Part shown: positions 22,579 through 34,420 of the stretch, in pieces
Layout of the letters: every line of letters starts with the position of its first letter
Position numbering within the stretch: position 1 is the stretch's first letter
DNA from: Cystobasidiomycetes sp. EMM_F5
Taxonomy: Eukaryota
Reading direction: 5' to 3'
Length of the DNA: 64,000 nucleotides
NCBI GenBank assembly: GCA_051047955.1
Contig: JBPGPT010000001.1
Location: forward strand, 992,001-1,056,000
Made by a program: the position numbers and the translations under genes
Notes under the pieces: model-generated
What the model was told of the DNA's origin: nothing
What the model saw: the letters and a program-made list of their open reading frames with translations, nothing else
Database searches by the model: none

Positions 22579-23908
22579 TCAAGTCCGTGCGCCAACCAGT
22601 TGCAAAACTGCTGGCGTAACCTCCAGCCTGGACAGTGGCTGGGTGCGGTTAGCAGGGTCGGGAGTGCCGTCTGGGCGACGCGGTACACTGCCGTAGTTGC
22701 CTTTATCCGTCGGTATGACGTTCTGGTTCTACGTATATGACCGCACGTCAGCATTTCTGTTGCAAAGCAATTCATAGCAACTCACTGGCCAATGGGTCGT
22801 GCCTTTACGACTTTCGAAGACTTCCATCTTCCTTGCGAGGTCGGCCTCGGTTGCCATGCTGCGAGGGCAGTAGCACACGTAAGCTGCGAACCGGGTCTGT
22901 GTTCCCTCTGGAGAGCAGTTCCAGTGGATGGTACGGCTGTCCCAGACTGAATTATGCAGCTCAGCTTCTTGCGACTCGTCGATGGTATGTTCTCATTTAC
23001 GTATCAGATCTCCAGGACCTGCGCATACCTTGACCTGCTCGCAACCATGGGCTTTGAACCACTCGTTGTCGTCTGTTGTGTACTGATAACCTATCAAGTC
23101 GGGTCAAACAAGTTAGCCAGGCGTTCTTTCCGGAATCTGAGCCGGAACCAATCTACCATTATTTCCCACACCAGCATCTTTCTTTGGGTCAATACCGCCG
23201 TGCTCGTCGTAGAACTGCTGATGTAGCTTGTGACTTCTCGACATCACTACAAGCCCACCATCACTTGGTCCATTTTCACCGAGAGAGACGATGCCCTGGA
23301 TCATCTCCTTCACGCCAACTTTGCGGGGGTCTGAGTCAATGTCTATGCAGAATATCGGTGAGTTCATGGCACATTCTGATATACATGCGTGAACTGACGA
23401 GGCCACGCAGCAGTCTTTTGAATGTCCGTGCGGCCGGTCTCCGCGTTAATTGGGAGGGACACGTTGATGCCATCGAACGACGCGATGAGATCGCTCGTGC
23501 CCCACAGCTGTGCGAAGGCATCGATGATACCCGGCTGGCTGCGGCACTTTGTCAGACAAAATGGGTACCCCATACAAGATTAGCGAGCCTACGTTCGGAT
23601 TTTCCATACAAAGTCTTCATGATTCACAACATAGCGATTGTAGAGTCCTCCGCTGCACGTAAGGGTGAACTCAGTCAATGATGCTTAACACCTGTTGTGA
23701 CCAGCTTGCCCCACCTGAAACCGTAAGGCAAATGTTGTTCGTTCCAAGTCGAACGGTCATCGCGTTTGAATCCGTATGGGAAGCTTTCGAGCCAACCGAG
23801 AGCTCTGTCTTGAAACTCGTCGCATACAGGTTTCGATACGAGATTTTTGACGACGACATATCCGTCTCTTTCGAGGTCGTCAACCCAGCTTGGCTTGAAT
23901 CCGGACAT
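22579..23908 (-). CDS. Phytanoyl-CoA dioxygenase (PhyH)-like Fe(II)/2-oxoglutarate dioxygenase
   Basis: DLERDGYVVVKN, DLIASFDG, spliced WPH-IDSDP (HxD motif), IQGIVSLGENGPSDGGLVV, YVCYCPR and GTTHWP, ending ...LQLVGART*. Confidence 0.82.
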
Positions 23909-24364
23909 GATGCTATTGGACGCGGATGTGCAATTCACTGCTGCGTTCCAAACGACAAAACCCCAAGCTGCAATAGGCGAAAACTGCGCTGACAATCTTA
24001 CACCGTCGGCACTCACGGCGGCCTAAGCTCGAGCAGCTCGCCTATTCCTCGCTGATACCAACGGACGGCGGCTAACAAAACGGCAATTGTAGTTTCAAGT
24101 TGTACTCTGTACCAACAAGCACAACTCCTGCATTGCCTGCAATACCGTACAGTCCGGGCGACCTTGCAGCAGCTGAAGGTACCGTAATTGAATACGCAAT
24201 TGCCACGTGTGCCGCCAAGCTTTATGTCCGATAAATGCAAGCTAAACCCCGAATATTGCTCCCCGCACATGTTATCTCTCGGCCATAGCTCACCTCTCGG
24301 CCTGCTCTCTCTTTCCTCTTTCCTACACTCTCATTCAACTCGTAGATATTCACTGCTCGCAAAA

Positions 24365-25294
24365 ATGTCGCATCAGAAAACACTCCTCATCACAGGAAGC
24401 AACAGCGGCCTGGGTTACGAAATAGTCAAGGCTCTACTGCAGTCAAAGCAGAGTTACCATATCATCATGGGCGGAAGATCGCTTGACAAAGTCGCAGATG
24501 CTATCAAGAAAGTGTCGGATGAAGTGCCGCAAACTAGCAGCAAGCTGAGCTCCGTCAAGGTCGACATTGAGTCTGACGACTCCATCAACGAAGCTTTCGC
24601 TGAAGTCTCCAAATCGCACAAGTGTATCGATGTGCTCGTCAATAACGCTGGTGAGCAGAATTACAAAACTGCAGTTTTCGCGCACAACCCACCTTATCGA
24701 TGTGTTCAGGTGCCCAGTACGACCCAGAGATCAACAAAGGCAATATTGGCATGCGCGAGGGATTCAACAAGACATGGGACGTCAACGTGACAGGCACGCA
24801 CATCCTCACGTACACTTTCATGCCTCTTTTGCTCAAATCGGAGGAGCCTCGTCTCATATTCCTTGCCAGTGGGACTTCGGTATTGGCAACTGCAGGCGAA
24901 GGAAATACCATGGTCGATAAGTCTCCTGCAAAGGGTTGGCCAAAGGGACCAACTCCGCCCAGCGCAACAGCATACAGAAGCGCAAAGACTGGACTCAATA
25001 TGCTGATGAGAGACTGGGCAAGGATTCTGCGGGAAGATGGCGTCAAAATTCATGCAGTCTCGCCAGGCTTCCTTGCAACAGGCCTTGGATCCGTTCGTGC
25101 AATCTACAACGTTATAGTCCGCTATCCTTAGCTAATGGGCTGCTTCACGCACACAGATTGGAGCGGAGAACCTCAAGAAGTTTGGCGCTAAAGATCCCGC
25201 TGAAGGCGGTCAGTTCGTCACATCAGTCATTGAAGGAGCAAGAGATGATCATTTGAACAAGGTTGTCAGCGCGGAGGGAGTGCAAGAGTTCTGA
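24365..25294 (+). CDS. Short-chain dehydrogenase/reductase
   Basis: LITGSNSGLG, IDVLVNNAG, catalytic YRSAK (YxxxK) and AVSPGFLAT. Last exon ends GVQEF*. Confidence 0.93.
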
Positions 25295-25649
25295 AATGGG
25301 AGAACGCTTAAACGTGCCGTGCCATCTGGAATTTCATTCAGAGGGAGATGTGTAAAAATATCAAGATACCTCGTGTAACCCGTATTACAATCTACCGTTT
25401 GCTTGTCAACTTAACGATGGCTCCCGACGTCTTTAAGCACAACAAGCTTATACACAGCTGACGCCTTTAGACGATCACCCCCCATGCTAAACGCAAGCAA
25501 ATCAGTTTCAGCGGCGTCGTATTCTTATTGTGCCAATGACATGCATACCTGCTAGACTTGCAAAAAAAGTTGCGAGGACTAAGACGAGAGTTCCGCTAGA
25601 TGACCTGATCGTCAGGCAATACTTTTGCAGGGCTGTTGCACAGCACTCA

Positions 25650-27303
25650 CTAAGAGATAGCTGGCAAACGCGACTCGTCATTCATCCATGTCTGATCATG
25701 AAGCCTGATGCCCAGCGTCCATACTAGTGAGATCAACCAGTGAACGAATACCACTCCGATAAAAGTCGGGAGTAATGGAAGCCAGACTGGGAGCGAACCG
25801 TGATGATGATTAATCTCCGTCGACTGGAAGGGTATTGCCATGAATAAGGTCAGGGCGAGATTGAGTAAGGTTCTATGAGGAACGACTTGGTTAGGTAAAC
25901 CAGCACTGTTTACGTCCGGAGCCACCCACGCATCGAGTCTCCACACGGCAACAACTACAATCGGTATCTCGTACAGCTCACATCCGAAATTCTCGACTAT
26001 TTCCGCTCGTTTTCGTTGTCGTATCGTTGCGTCTATTTCTTCCTCACTCAGACCAAAGCTCCTACTGGCCTCCGATTGTTCGTCGTCTGTGTATTCGCCC
26101 GTGCCGTTTAGCCGTGATATTTGTGCCTCGGTATCCCTTCGGTGAGGGGACTGGTGCTCCGTGCCAAGATCTAGATTGTCAGTATCCATTAAGCTGACAG
26201 GCGCGTCCTGAACATGACTGTCAGGTCGTGAATGAGAAGGTATCGCCGGCGGGTTGCCTTCAGCATGGGATAGCTTATGTGAATCTTGCGATACATCCAG
26301 CCTCTCTTCTCCGACAAGCCAAGCATCATCCTCAGGCCTCATTAGAACCTCTGTGTCGATGAAAAAAAGAAGTCTGAACAAACGATGCGGATGTCAAAGT
26401 TGTAAGTAGCTCACCCTCGTAGAGACTAGTGTCATTGAGGAGCTTCAACGTCCGCCTGATGGTATCGGCTGCCGCAAAGCCCAGTCCGACGGCATAAGTC
26501 TTAAAGAAGCCTTTGGGCGGTCTGATTGCTGCGGATGCCATGACTGCATTCATCTTGTCTTGGCGAGTAGACAGAGAGCTATGATGGTGCAGCACAAAAG
26601 ACAATGCAAACAAGCGAAGGGCGTCGCGGACTGCAGTGTGCGCCAGCAATTGTATAGGCGCTGATTGCAGCAGTGTAATTGGAAAAAGGGAGTGCGTAAT
26701 GGAGGACCTCGAGATTGAGACGAAGCGAAACAAGCGCGGGTGTATGGCTTCGCTTGCCAGACATGCTATTGAGCCCATGAGCAGAGCATCCCAGTGCATT
26801 CGGTGGGGATAGTGGTCAGATGCGGCAGGCCAGCCATACACTTCCAGTAAAGCAAAGCCGAGGAGGATGAAGAGAGTGATTGGTAGATCGCACAAAAGAT
26901 GGCTTAAACGGAATGTTCTGTATGAGTGCAGCGGCGTAACCTGACCATCATCTGTCGAGTATGACGAGGCGGAATGAGATTGCGCTTCGACATCGGCGTC
27001 CAGAGCGGGACTAGGCAAAGAGAACGAGTTGGCAGCATCAGCCGGGGGAGGGATCAGTGACGCTGCCGACAGCTTGTCAGAAGGTGGATCTTGAAAGTAG
27101 GCATGGGATCTTTCGAGGACTGGCGAATCACCGGGACTGGCGAGGCGGAGCTGACCGTGGTACGAGCTGGAAGTGACGAGCTGGGGAGCTCTGACGGGTC
27201 CATGGGCGTGCTGCTGATGGTGCTGATGGTGCTGGCCATGACGCTGCCTGGCGGACGCTGTGGCAGCAGCAGCAGCAGCGACTGCCTGGGCTGGCGGTCT
27301 CAT
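25650..27303 (-). CDS. Uncharacterised polytopic membrane protein
   Basis: Two exons joined across an intron near 26355-26414 (LYE|EVLMRP). Several hydrophobic helices, an acidic loop, and a poly-Ala/His-Gln N-terminus. Confidence 0.75.
27210..27279. repeat. Coding microsatellites (TGCTGATGG)x2 and (GCA)n encoding His/Gln and poly-Ala tracts
   Basis: Visible at 27212-27230 and 27263-27279. Confidence 0.7.
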
Positions 27304-27523
27304 GACGGCAGCATCATATTGGCATACAGCAGTTTATATCGTCAAGACATGGTCTGGTTGATGGAAACCTGCATATTACACAACAAATTATCAGTCATGG
27401 CTTGGTTTGCGACCGACATGCAACTGTTTTAAAGTGTCAAGTACATTCTGTGTCTTGCCATACTGCACGCTACTGCCCTTATTACAACAGCCAGAGCGGA
27501 AACTAGTGTCGTCCTGATAATCA

Positions 27524-27534
27524 ATAAACGCGTC
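27524..27534. promoter_or_regulatory. MCB-like element ATAAACGCGTC in a divergent promoter
   Basis: ACGCGT core about 155 bp upstream of the ATG at 27687. Confidence 0.4.
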
Positions 27535-27686
27535 AATATCGTCGGATCATGGCAAGATAGAAACAAAAAGTCCACTGGCGGAGCAACCTTGGTTCAGTAG
27601 TCGATACGGTAGTTATTACGTTGGTCTACACGTACCCAGCGCTGTCAGAAGTTCTCTGCAGAACTCCGCACATTGTTGATTCGAAA

Positions 27687-30600
27687 ATGGCAAAACACGA
27701 CAAGCCAACAACATCTGGGTGTACTCCATCGACTCCACCATCCAAGAAGAGACCGTCAGTGAGCTCCTCCGCAACTAGAGCGTTTCCGTCATCTGGCACC
27801 GGCAAATCGCGCGATGACTCCATCGTCATCCCGGACAGCCATCCGTCAAGTCAGACGGCGGGCATGACGTTCACCATCAGCTCGGGAAGCGAGTCAGAAA
27901 ACGGTCGACGGAGCATCAAAAGCAAGGTCACGGCTTTGATCTCCATCGACAGCTCGGAAGAGGACGTAAAGCCAGTTGCCTCGACGTCCAGATTGCTGCC
28001 AGTGTCACTACGGAACGGGAATACACAAGAGATGGCGCCAAGTATCTCGCATAGGCTCTCTGTATCGCCTTCACGTTCGGCCGTCGGATCTGAGCGGAGG
28101 AGTCAAGATTCTGCTCACGCCAGACAATCCGTTTCAAGGGAGACAAGTGCGATTGTAGCTGTGCGAGAGAATCCGCCAGAATCTCTACTAGACCGGAAAT
28201 ATCCAGTCTCAGGCGAGAGAAGCCTGACCAGAAGTCCCGCGCCGGAATGCGCAGCAAATCCTCAGTCGCCGAAAATCAAGGTCAACGGGCTGACTTCCGT
28301 TCAACCTATGACCAACTCCGCCAGGGTGGATGGTATTTCAGACCTCGAAGTCGCGCGCGGAACGAGTAGCTTGGAAACGACGCCAGCGGAGCAGGCTTCT
28401 ACAAACGAAGCACATTCGAGAAAACAAACGACTTCTATAGCTAAAGACCCATCGCAGGATATGGAGCTCGATGACGAGTCTGGCTTCAACTCTGCTTTGT
28501 CGCACTCTGACGTGGAGATGGAAGAGATAGAACGTCTCACTCTTGATTCGCTCCGTTTGAAGGCCGTCTACCAGGCCAAAAAGCCCGTCAGTCGGTCTCG
28601 TTCCGTTCGTATACCTCAGCAGAATACGTTTACGTATAACAACGGCGATCATGATTCCCAGCCGAATGGAGCACAGTCTGCGGTGCATGTGAACCGCAAA
28701 GGAAAGGGGATAGCACGAATCATTCCGCAGTCATCATCAGAAAGTGATAACAGCAATGATACCGATGTTTTGCAGTCTCAGTCTCGCAGTAGAACAGCCA
28801 GACGTAAAGATGCCTCGACCTCGGCTGACGACACGTCTGGTGCCGAAAGCTCTCCTGTCGAAGTCATAAGCACCTCGAAGCCGGCCAGTTTCAACAAGGG
28901 CAAGACTGTCACCCATCCCGAGGGCTTGGACGTATTTGATCCGGATCTGCCGTTTGACGAGAATGGAATGCTAATAGATCCACTAGATTCGGATGTCGAA
29001 GACGAAGATTCGCTGCGCTCGCAAGGCACTTCTCAAACTCTCAGGCACAAAGCGCGCAATCCTCTTGTCGCCCTTCCGACATCACCTCGTAAGCGCTTCC
29101 GTCCCCATAAAGTCGCTCAAAATCCTTCAAAGCTTTCGACTTCATCAAGCCATGCCAGCCTCAGCAAATTGTCAAAGTCTATCGAACCGCCGTATTGCGA
29201 CGCTCCGCGGCGAGATCTCCCCGCAAGGCAGAGCAGGAGTACGAGATCAACACGGGAAGAAACTGCTGACGGAAATGTGACAGATTACGACGATCTTGAC
29301 AGCTTCTCTCGCCCCAGTCGGCGCAAGTCTGACTTGAACCGTAAAGCTCGCGTTTCGAAAACCGCTGCCAGGGCCGGAGGAGACGAGGACGAGCCTGCAA
29401 GACCTGAGACTAAGCCTCAGGTCAAGCACGAGTCCTTTTTGCAATTGTCCGCCTCTACAGGCGAAGCTCCGTTGACTGCAGCTGAGATTATCGCTAAAAT
29501 GCGTGCATCTCGAGCAGTAGAGGCAGACGGCGAAATCCCTGAATTGGATGTCAAGCAAGAGGACTCTCGACCGGCGATGTCCAGTATACATGCCGATGAT
29601 GATGACGACGATGATCTAGCAGATCCTAGTGCCCTGATTAAATCTGCTCTGGAAATCAAAGCGAAGCCCAGACCCAAATCTCCCTCCCCACCTCCGCTTC
29701 CGAAAGTCAAACTCAAACCCCTGCCGGAGGACACTGGCAAATTCAGTCTCAATAATATGCAAAGGATGCGCGAGCGTGAGGCACGCCGAGGCTGGTTTGG
29801 GCTAGAAGAAGCGAAACGAGCCATTGATACTACTACGGATGCAGCTCTGATTGGAGACCACTCGTCGGATGATGAAAGGACAGGCCATGATATTGAGGAC
29901 GAAGCTGATCTCCCCGACATCAAGCCATCCGCAAAGCGAGGAGGTAGCCGATCCATCGTACAACGTGCTCGCAGCGATTCGGCCGAGGTAATGAAACGGA
30001 TAGCGGACGGTCTCCAAGGAGACGACGATCGGGAAACGCTCAAAGCCATACAAGCTGCAAAAGACGATATCATCGCTGCTGAGAAGGAGCTTGCCGAGCG
30101 ATCCGAGCGAAGTCATCGTAGCTTTTGGCACTCTGTCGAGCATTTCCCGATGGAGGTTGCTGTGAGTTGTCAATTATCAGACGGTCAGTGTGGTAGCTGA
30201 CCTAACGTTCAATCTAATGAAGGCACTAGTACAAGCGCAGTTTGCCCAAGCGGAAAATATCCAAGGTACCTATTCCTTGCAGGCTATTCTGAGTGAGTAT
30301 CGTTCATGTATTGTGGCACGGATGGATGACAACTCGGCTGAATGATACATTAGATCCATCTTCGTACCCTTCACTGTCCAGACCGGCACCTGATACGGGG
30401 CCAGACCTGTTTCGGCTGCTGGCGCATCCGAATACGAAAGCAGAGGTTGCTTACACGGCGGGCGCTAGTCTGTCACACCTAATGAGAACAGCCTCGACCG
30501 AGACAAGTAACAACGCCTACTTAATCGACGTGCATAGCATCGTCAGCGCATTTCGCTGCCTGGGCGGGAAAGTCGATGATTTCTACGCGGGTCGCAACGA

Positions 30601-31659
30601 CATTCTTCCAGATGAGACATGCTTGATCACCCAAAATTCTACCCCTGGACCCAACGACCATGCAGTCGCGACCTTCAACTCAGATGGGAGATGTGCAGCT
30701 GTACTTCGATTGCTTGAAGTCCTCGATGACATAGTCGGACAAGAGTGAGTACTTCAAGAACATAGAAAGGGTGTGCCGCTGATGCATACCGCGCTTCGGT
30801 AGTCATTTCAGACCCTGGTCTGACTCTATCGTAATAATGTTGCTTCGGCTTCACATGAGTCCTGAAGATAATGACATCCGCGACTGCGCATTGCGTTCCC
30901 TGCACGGTGTGCTAGCTACTTTACAGCCTACAGACGTGCGTGGTATTTGCGATAAGATCCTGCAGTACCTCGAAGGCGCATCACTCCAGCACGCATACAA
31001 TGTAGTTGCATTCTTAGGGTCCAAAACTGCCGTCACCAAAGACATCAGGCGGATCCTGGTGCAGGAAATCCTGCTTCCTTCCACAAGACCTATTGCTGAC
31101 GCAATCAGCAGAGAGCAAAATTCGCCGCGCATGCTCATCAGCCAGCATTTACTCAGCCCGACATCAGTCTTTGCGAAAATTGCAAAACTTTCGGATGTCG
31201 ATATCAACTATGCTGCACTTTTGCTTGGGCTACTGATGGCCGATGCCACGGATACGGTGCTGTTGGCAGGTAACAGCGAGGAGCAGCAAGCAGCTATTCA
31301 GGAAGTCCAAATGCTTGTGATCAAAGTTCGGAGAATCGAAGGACGTATCCGTATGTCATCCCATCAATCACAGCGAAAGCAGCATGAACGCTGACAGTTC
31401 GCTCGCAGGTACCGACGTCCGAGCGGGAACGCCTATGCGAACCAAAGCCAAAAACTCGCTTACTCGCGTTTTACATGGTCTCGAGATACGGCTAAAGGCG
31501 GCATCGGCAAAGGTATCAAAAGCCGCCAGAGACGCCTTGTACTCAGGACCCGTTGATTTTGTGGGCGAGAACCAGCTTGGGATTGCCGGTTTCTTGCGGA
31601 AGAGGGAGGTAGGAGCTGCTGTAAAGGTACCGGACCCTGTAGCTGTAGCTTCAGCATGA
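27687..31659 (+). CDS. Large protein with a disordered N-terminus and helical C-terminal domain; candidate Nse6/SLF2-like Smc5/6 factor
   Basis: An exon of about 830 aa rich in S/D/E/K/R, then short helical exons ending EGRIR-TDVRAGTPMRTKAKNSLTRVL. The family assignment is inference. Confidence 0.75.
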
Positions 31660-31819
31660 ATGCATCATCGTCCTGCGTGCACGCAATCAGGGCATTCGTG
31701 TAATACAGAGTCAATTGCCAGCGTAACGAAGTTACTGTCGCATTTGCAGCACCCATTTTGATCAGCCGTTGCCGTGTCCACTGTACGCGTTTCAGGGCCT
31801 GGTCTTTGCGCCCGAGTGC

Positions 31820-33078
31820 ATGCATCTAACATCGCGCTCGCGAGCGTTGATACTGCTGACCATACAGAATGCTGCAATCGTTCTGTTGACGCGGGCTACC
31901 AGAATAGGCCAAGAGTCGAATCTGTACACGGTATCGACGGCGGTCTTTGTAGCAGAGGCGAGGACTCACTTCAGCGTCCATTATCCGATAACGACTGACG
32001 CTTCGGACTGGTCAGATCCTAAAAGCTGTTATAAGCTGCCTCATCGCCGCTACCGAATACCGTAATGCAGCAATTCGCAAGAAAGAAGGATCCGATGCGC
32101 CCGGGTTGCCTGAATGCGTTGTCTGGACCATCCGAGATGCGTTCACAACGAGGAGGAACGATTTCGTGAAGCTACTCGTTCCCGCGGTTCTTTACGCTGG
32201 ACAAAACAACCTGCTCGTGCGTTCGTGCTGTTCGCATCATTACGTAGATTCATGCTAAATGTGCATCATCTCATGAAATTACAGTATGTAGCACTCAGTA
32301 ACCTACCCGCTGCAGTCTACCAGACGACCTATCAGCTCAAGATCCTCACAACCGCCATATTCTCAATTGTCTTTTTGCAGCGGCGGTACTCTGTCGCAAA
32401 GTGGCTCTCGTTATTACTATTAACAATTGGCGTATGTATCGTACAAATTCCAACCTCCTCGAAAGCACAACCGAATACAAAGGTACACAGCCATGGAGAG
32501 CAGAATCGGATGAAAGGCTTTCTGGCGGTCATGACGGCCTGCATTTCGAGCGGTCTCGCTGGCGCTTACTTTGAGTGAGTGCTGTGGTTTCGTCGGTCTT
32601 CGCGTAATAAACATTGAAGGGCATGATAGGGGAATTTTGAAGCCTTCACAACCGTCAAAGTCCGGATCACCATCCTCGTCTCTGGCTATGCGGAACCTCC
32701 AACTAGCCTTGTTATCGGCACCGTTCTCCTTGGCCGCTATCTTGCTACCGCAATATGACCGCGAGAGAGTATATAGACTCGGCTTCTTCCATGGCTACAC
32801 GTTTCTAGTTCAATTCGTCATTCTCAATCAGGCGCTGGGAGGACTGCTCATTGCGGCGGTCGTAAAAGAAGCGGACAGCGTCTCCAAGGGCTTTGCTACT
32901 AGTCTGGCCGTTATTCGTGAGTCATACCCGCTCTCCGTGGTATCAGGGACTCATTGTCGTAGTTGCAGTCAGTACTGCCGTTACGTCGATCGCGTCACGG
33001 CAATTACCGAGCTTGCAGCTGAATGTCGGAGGTGGTCTAGTCATATTGGCTACCTGCATGTTTGCTGTGGTACGGTAG
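31820..33078 (+). CDS. Nucleotide-sugar (UDP-galactose/UDP-GlcNAc, SLC35A-type) transporter
   Basis: LLTIQNAAIVLLTR, STAVFVAE|ILK, VPAVLYAGQNNL|LYVALSNL, YQTTYQLKILTTAIFS, SGLAGAYFE, MRNLQL and VVKEADSVSKGFATSLA. Confidence 0.92.
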
Positions 33079-33302
33079 AAGATTGTTGGGATCGTTTGCA
33101 AGCGAAAGAGCCTTCTGCCTGTCATTTGCATATGCACTTGCGCTTGAACCGAGACCGAACCGATGGGTTACGACGGCTACTCGCAGAGGATCCTGAATAT
33201 TCTGTGCAGAACTATCTCGACTAGCAGCCTTGCTTTTGCACCATTTTCTGTCCTAAACTTGAACTTAAAGCAACATCAAATAATCCCGAATCGCCTGCAA
33301 CC

Positions 33303-33938
33303 ATGTCTGGAACTCAGAAAGCCAACGCTCCATCCCTCCCAGCGGCCGACAACATTTACTGTAAGTGCAGATGGAGCCAGCTACGTGAAATGACTTGCTG
33401 CTGATAAGAATCCATGCGCGTTGCCTCGTTTAAAAGCCCACTACACAAAGGCCGCCGGACTCATTTACCTGTCCGGACAAATCGGCCAAAATGAGAAGAA
33501 GGAGGTCGTGCCAGGCGGTGTCACCGCTGAATGCGTGAGCAGAGTATATGGAGAAATTTCTCGTCTACAGCCTAACGACTTGTTATAGGCCCAATGCATC
33601 AAGAATATCGGGATTGTCCTTGAGGCTGCTGGCGCTACCTACGAGCACCTCGTCAAGGTCAACATCTTCCTCAAGAGAATGGAGGACTTTGATGCCATCA
33701 ACGAGGTCTACGAAAAGGTTTGTCCAACTCACAAGGTCTTCTTCCTAAAGCCCAACGCTGAGGCGCCTCATGTCCGACAGATGCTACCTACACCGAAGCC
33801 ATCCAGAACCTGCGTACAAGCCGGCAAATTGCCCCGTATGTGACAAGTCAATATCCATACTGAGCATCACTGACCACAATCATCTGGGTTTCAGGTGATT
33901 GCAACATCGAGATTGAATGCGTAGCAGTATGTCCATAA
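33303..33938 (+). CDS. RidA/YjgF/UK114-family enamine/imine deaminase
   Basis: Five short exons: IYLSGQIG, VKVNIFLKRMEDFDAINEVYEK, PKPSRTCVQAGKLP and IEIECVA. The catalytic Arg is retained. Confidence 0.92.
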
Positions 33939-34420
33939 AGTGGATACAGTAATATAGGCTGTATTCTCATTACTCTGACAAAATACGAATGCGCAGCTAA
34001 GCGAGTGCGGGAATGAGACTGACTCATGGGATAAATGCATCGGCAAGTTCTATCCATGCTTGCATCACCACTCTCGCTTGCCTTACTCCACCAACGACTG
34101 AAAGAGTACGATTGTGAATCAACTGATAAGCTGAAGTCCGTATTGTTGTGGCATCCCATAGTATCCATAAGCCATCAAGTATCAACGTTTAATCGTCTCA
34201 CACAGGTCTATGTACAATAGGACGTTTCGAGCCTGCGACAGACAAGCTGCGACAACATCGTTGTGATGATATCCGCAACGCAATTTATGTCATCCGGGTT
34301 GTAATGCTTTCGTTGATCGCGTGCCGTCAGAATCACGTCCCCCCAACATGCCCAACGACCCATACATGTGTACCAATACAAGCTAAAGTCAGACACAGCT
34401 ATCCCGTCAACTTATTAGAG

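Noticed and set aside
20461..33938. ILV1 and RidA as a functional cluster
   Set aside because: They are biochemically linked but 11 kb apart, with five unrelated genes between them.
34263..34330. C-box-like GTGATGA between RidA and PEX2
   Set aside because: No matching D box (CTGA) or terminal stem, so no support for a snoRNA.
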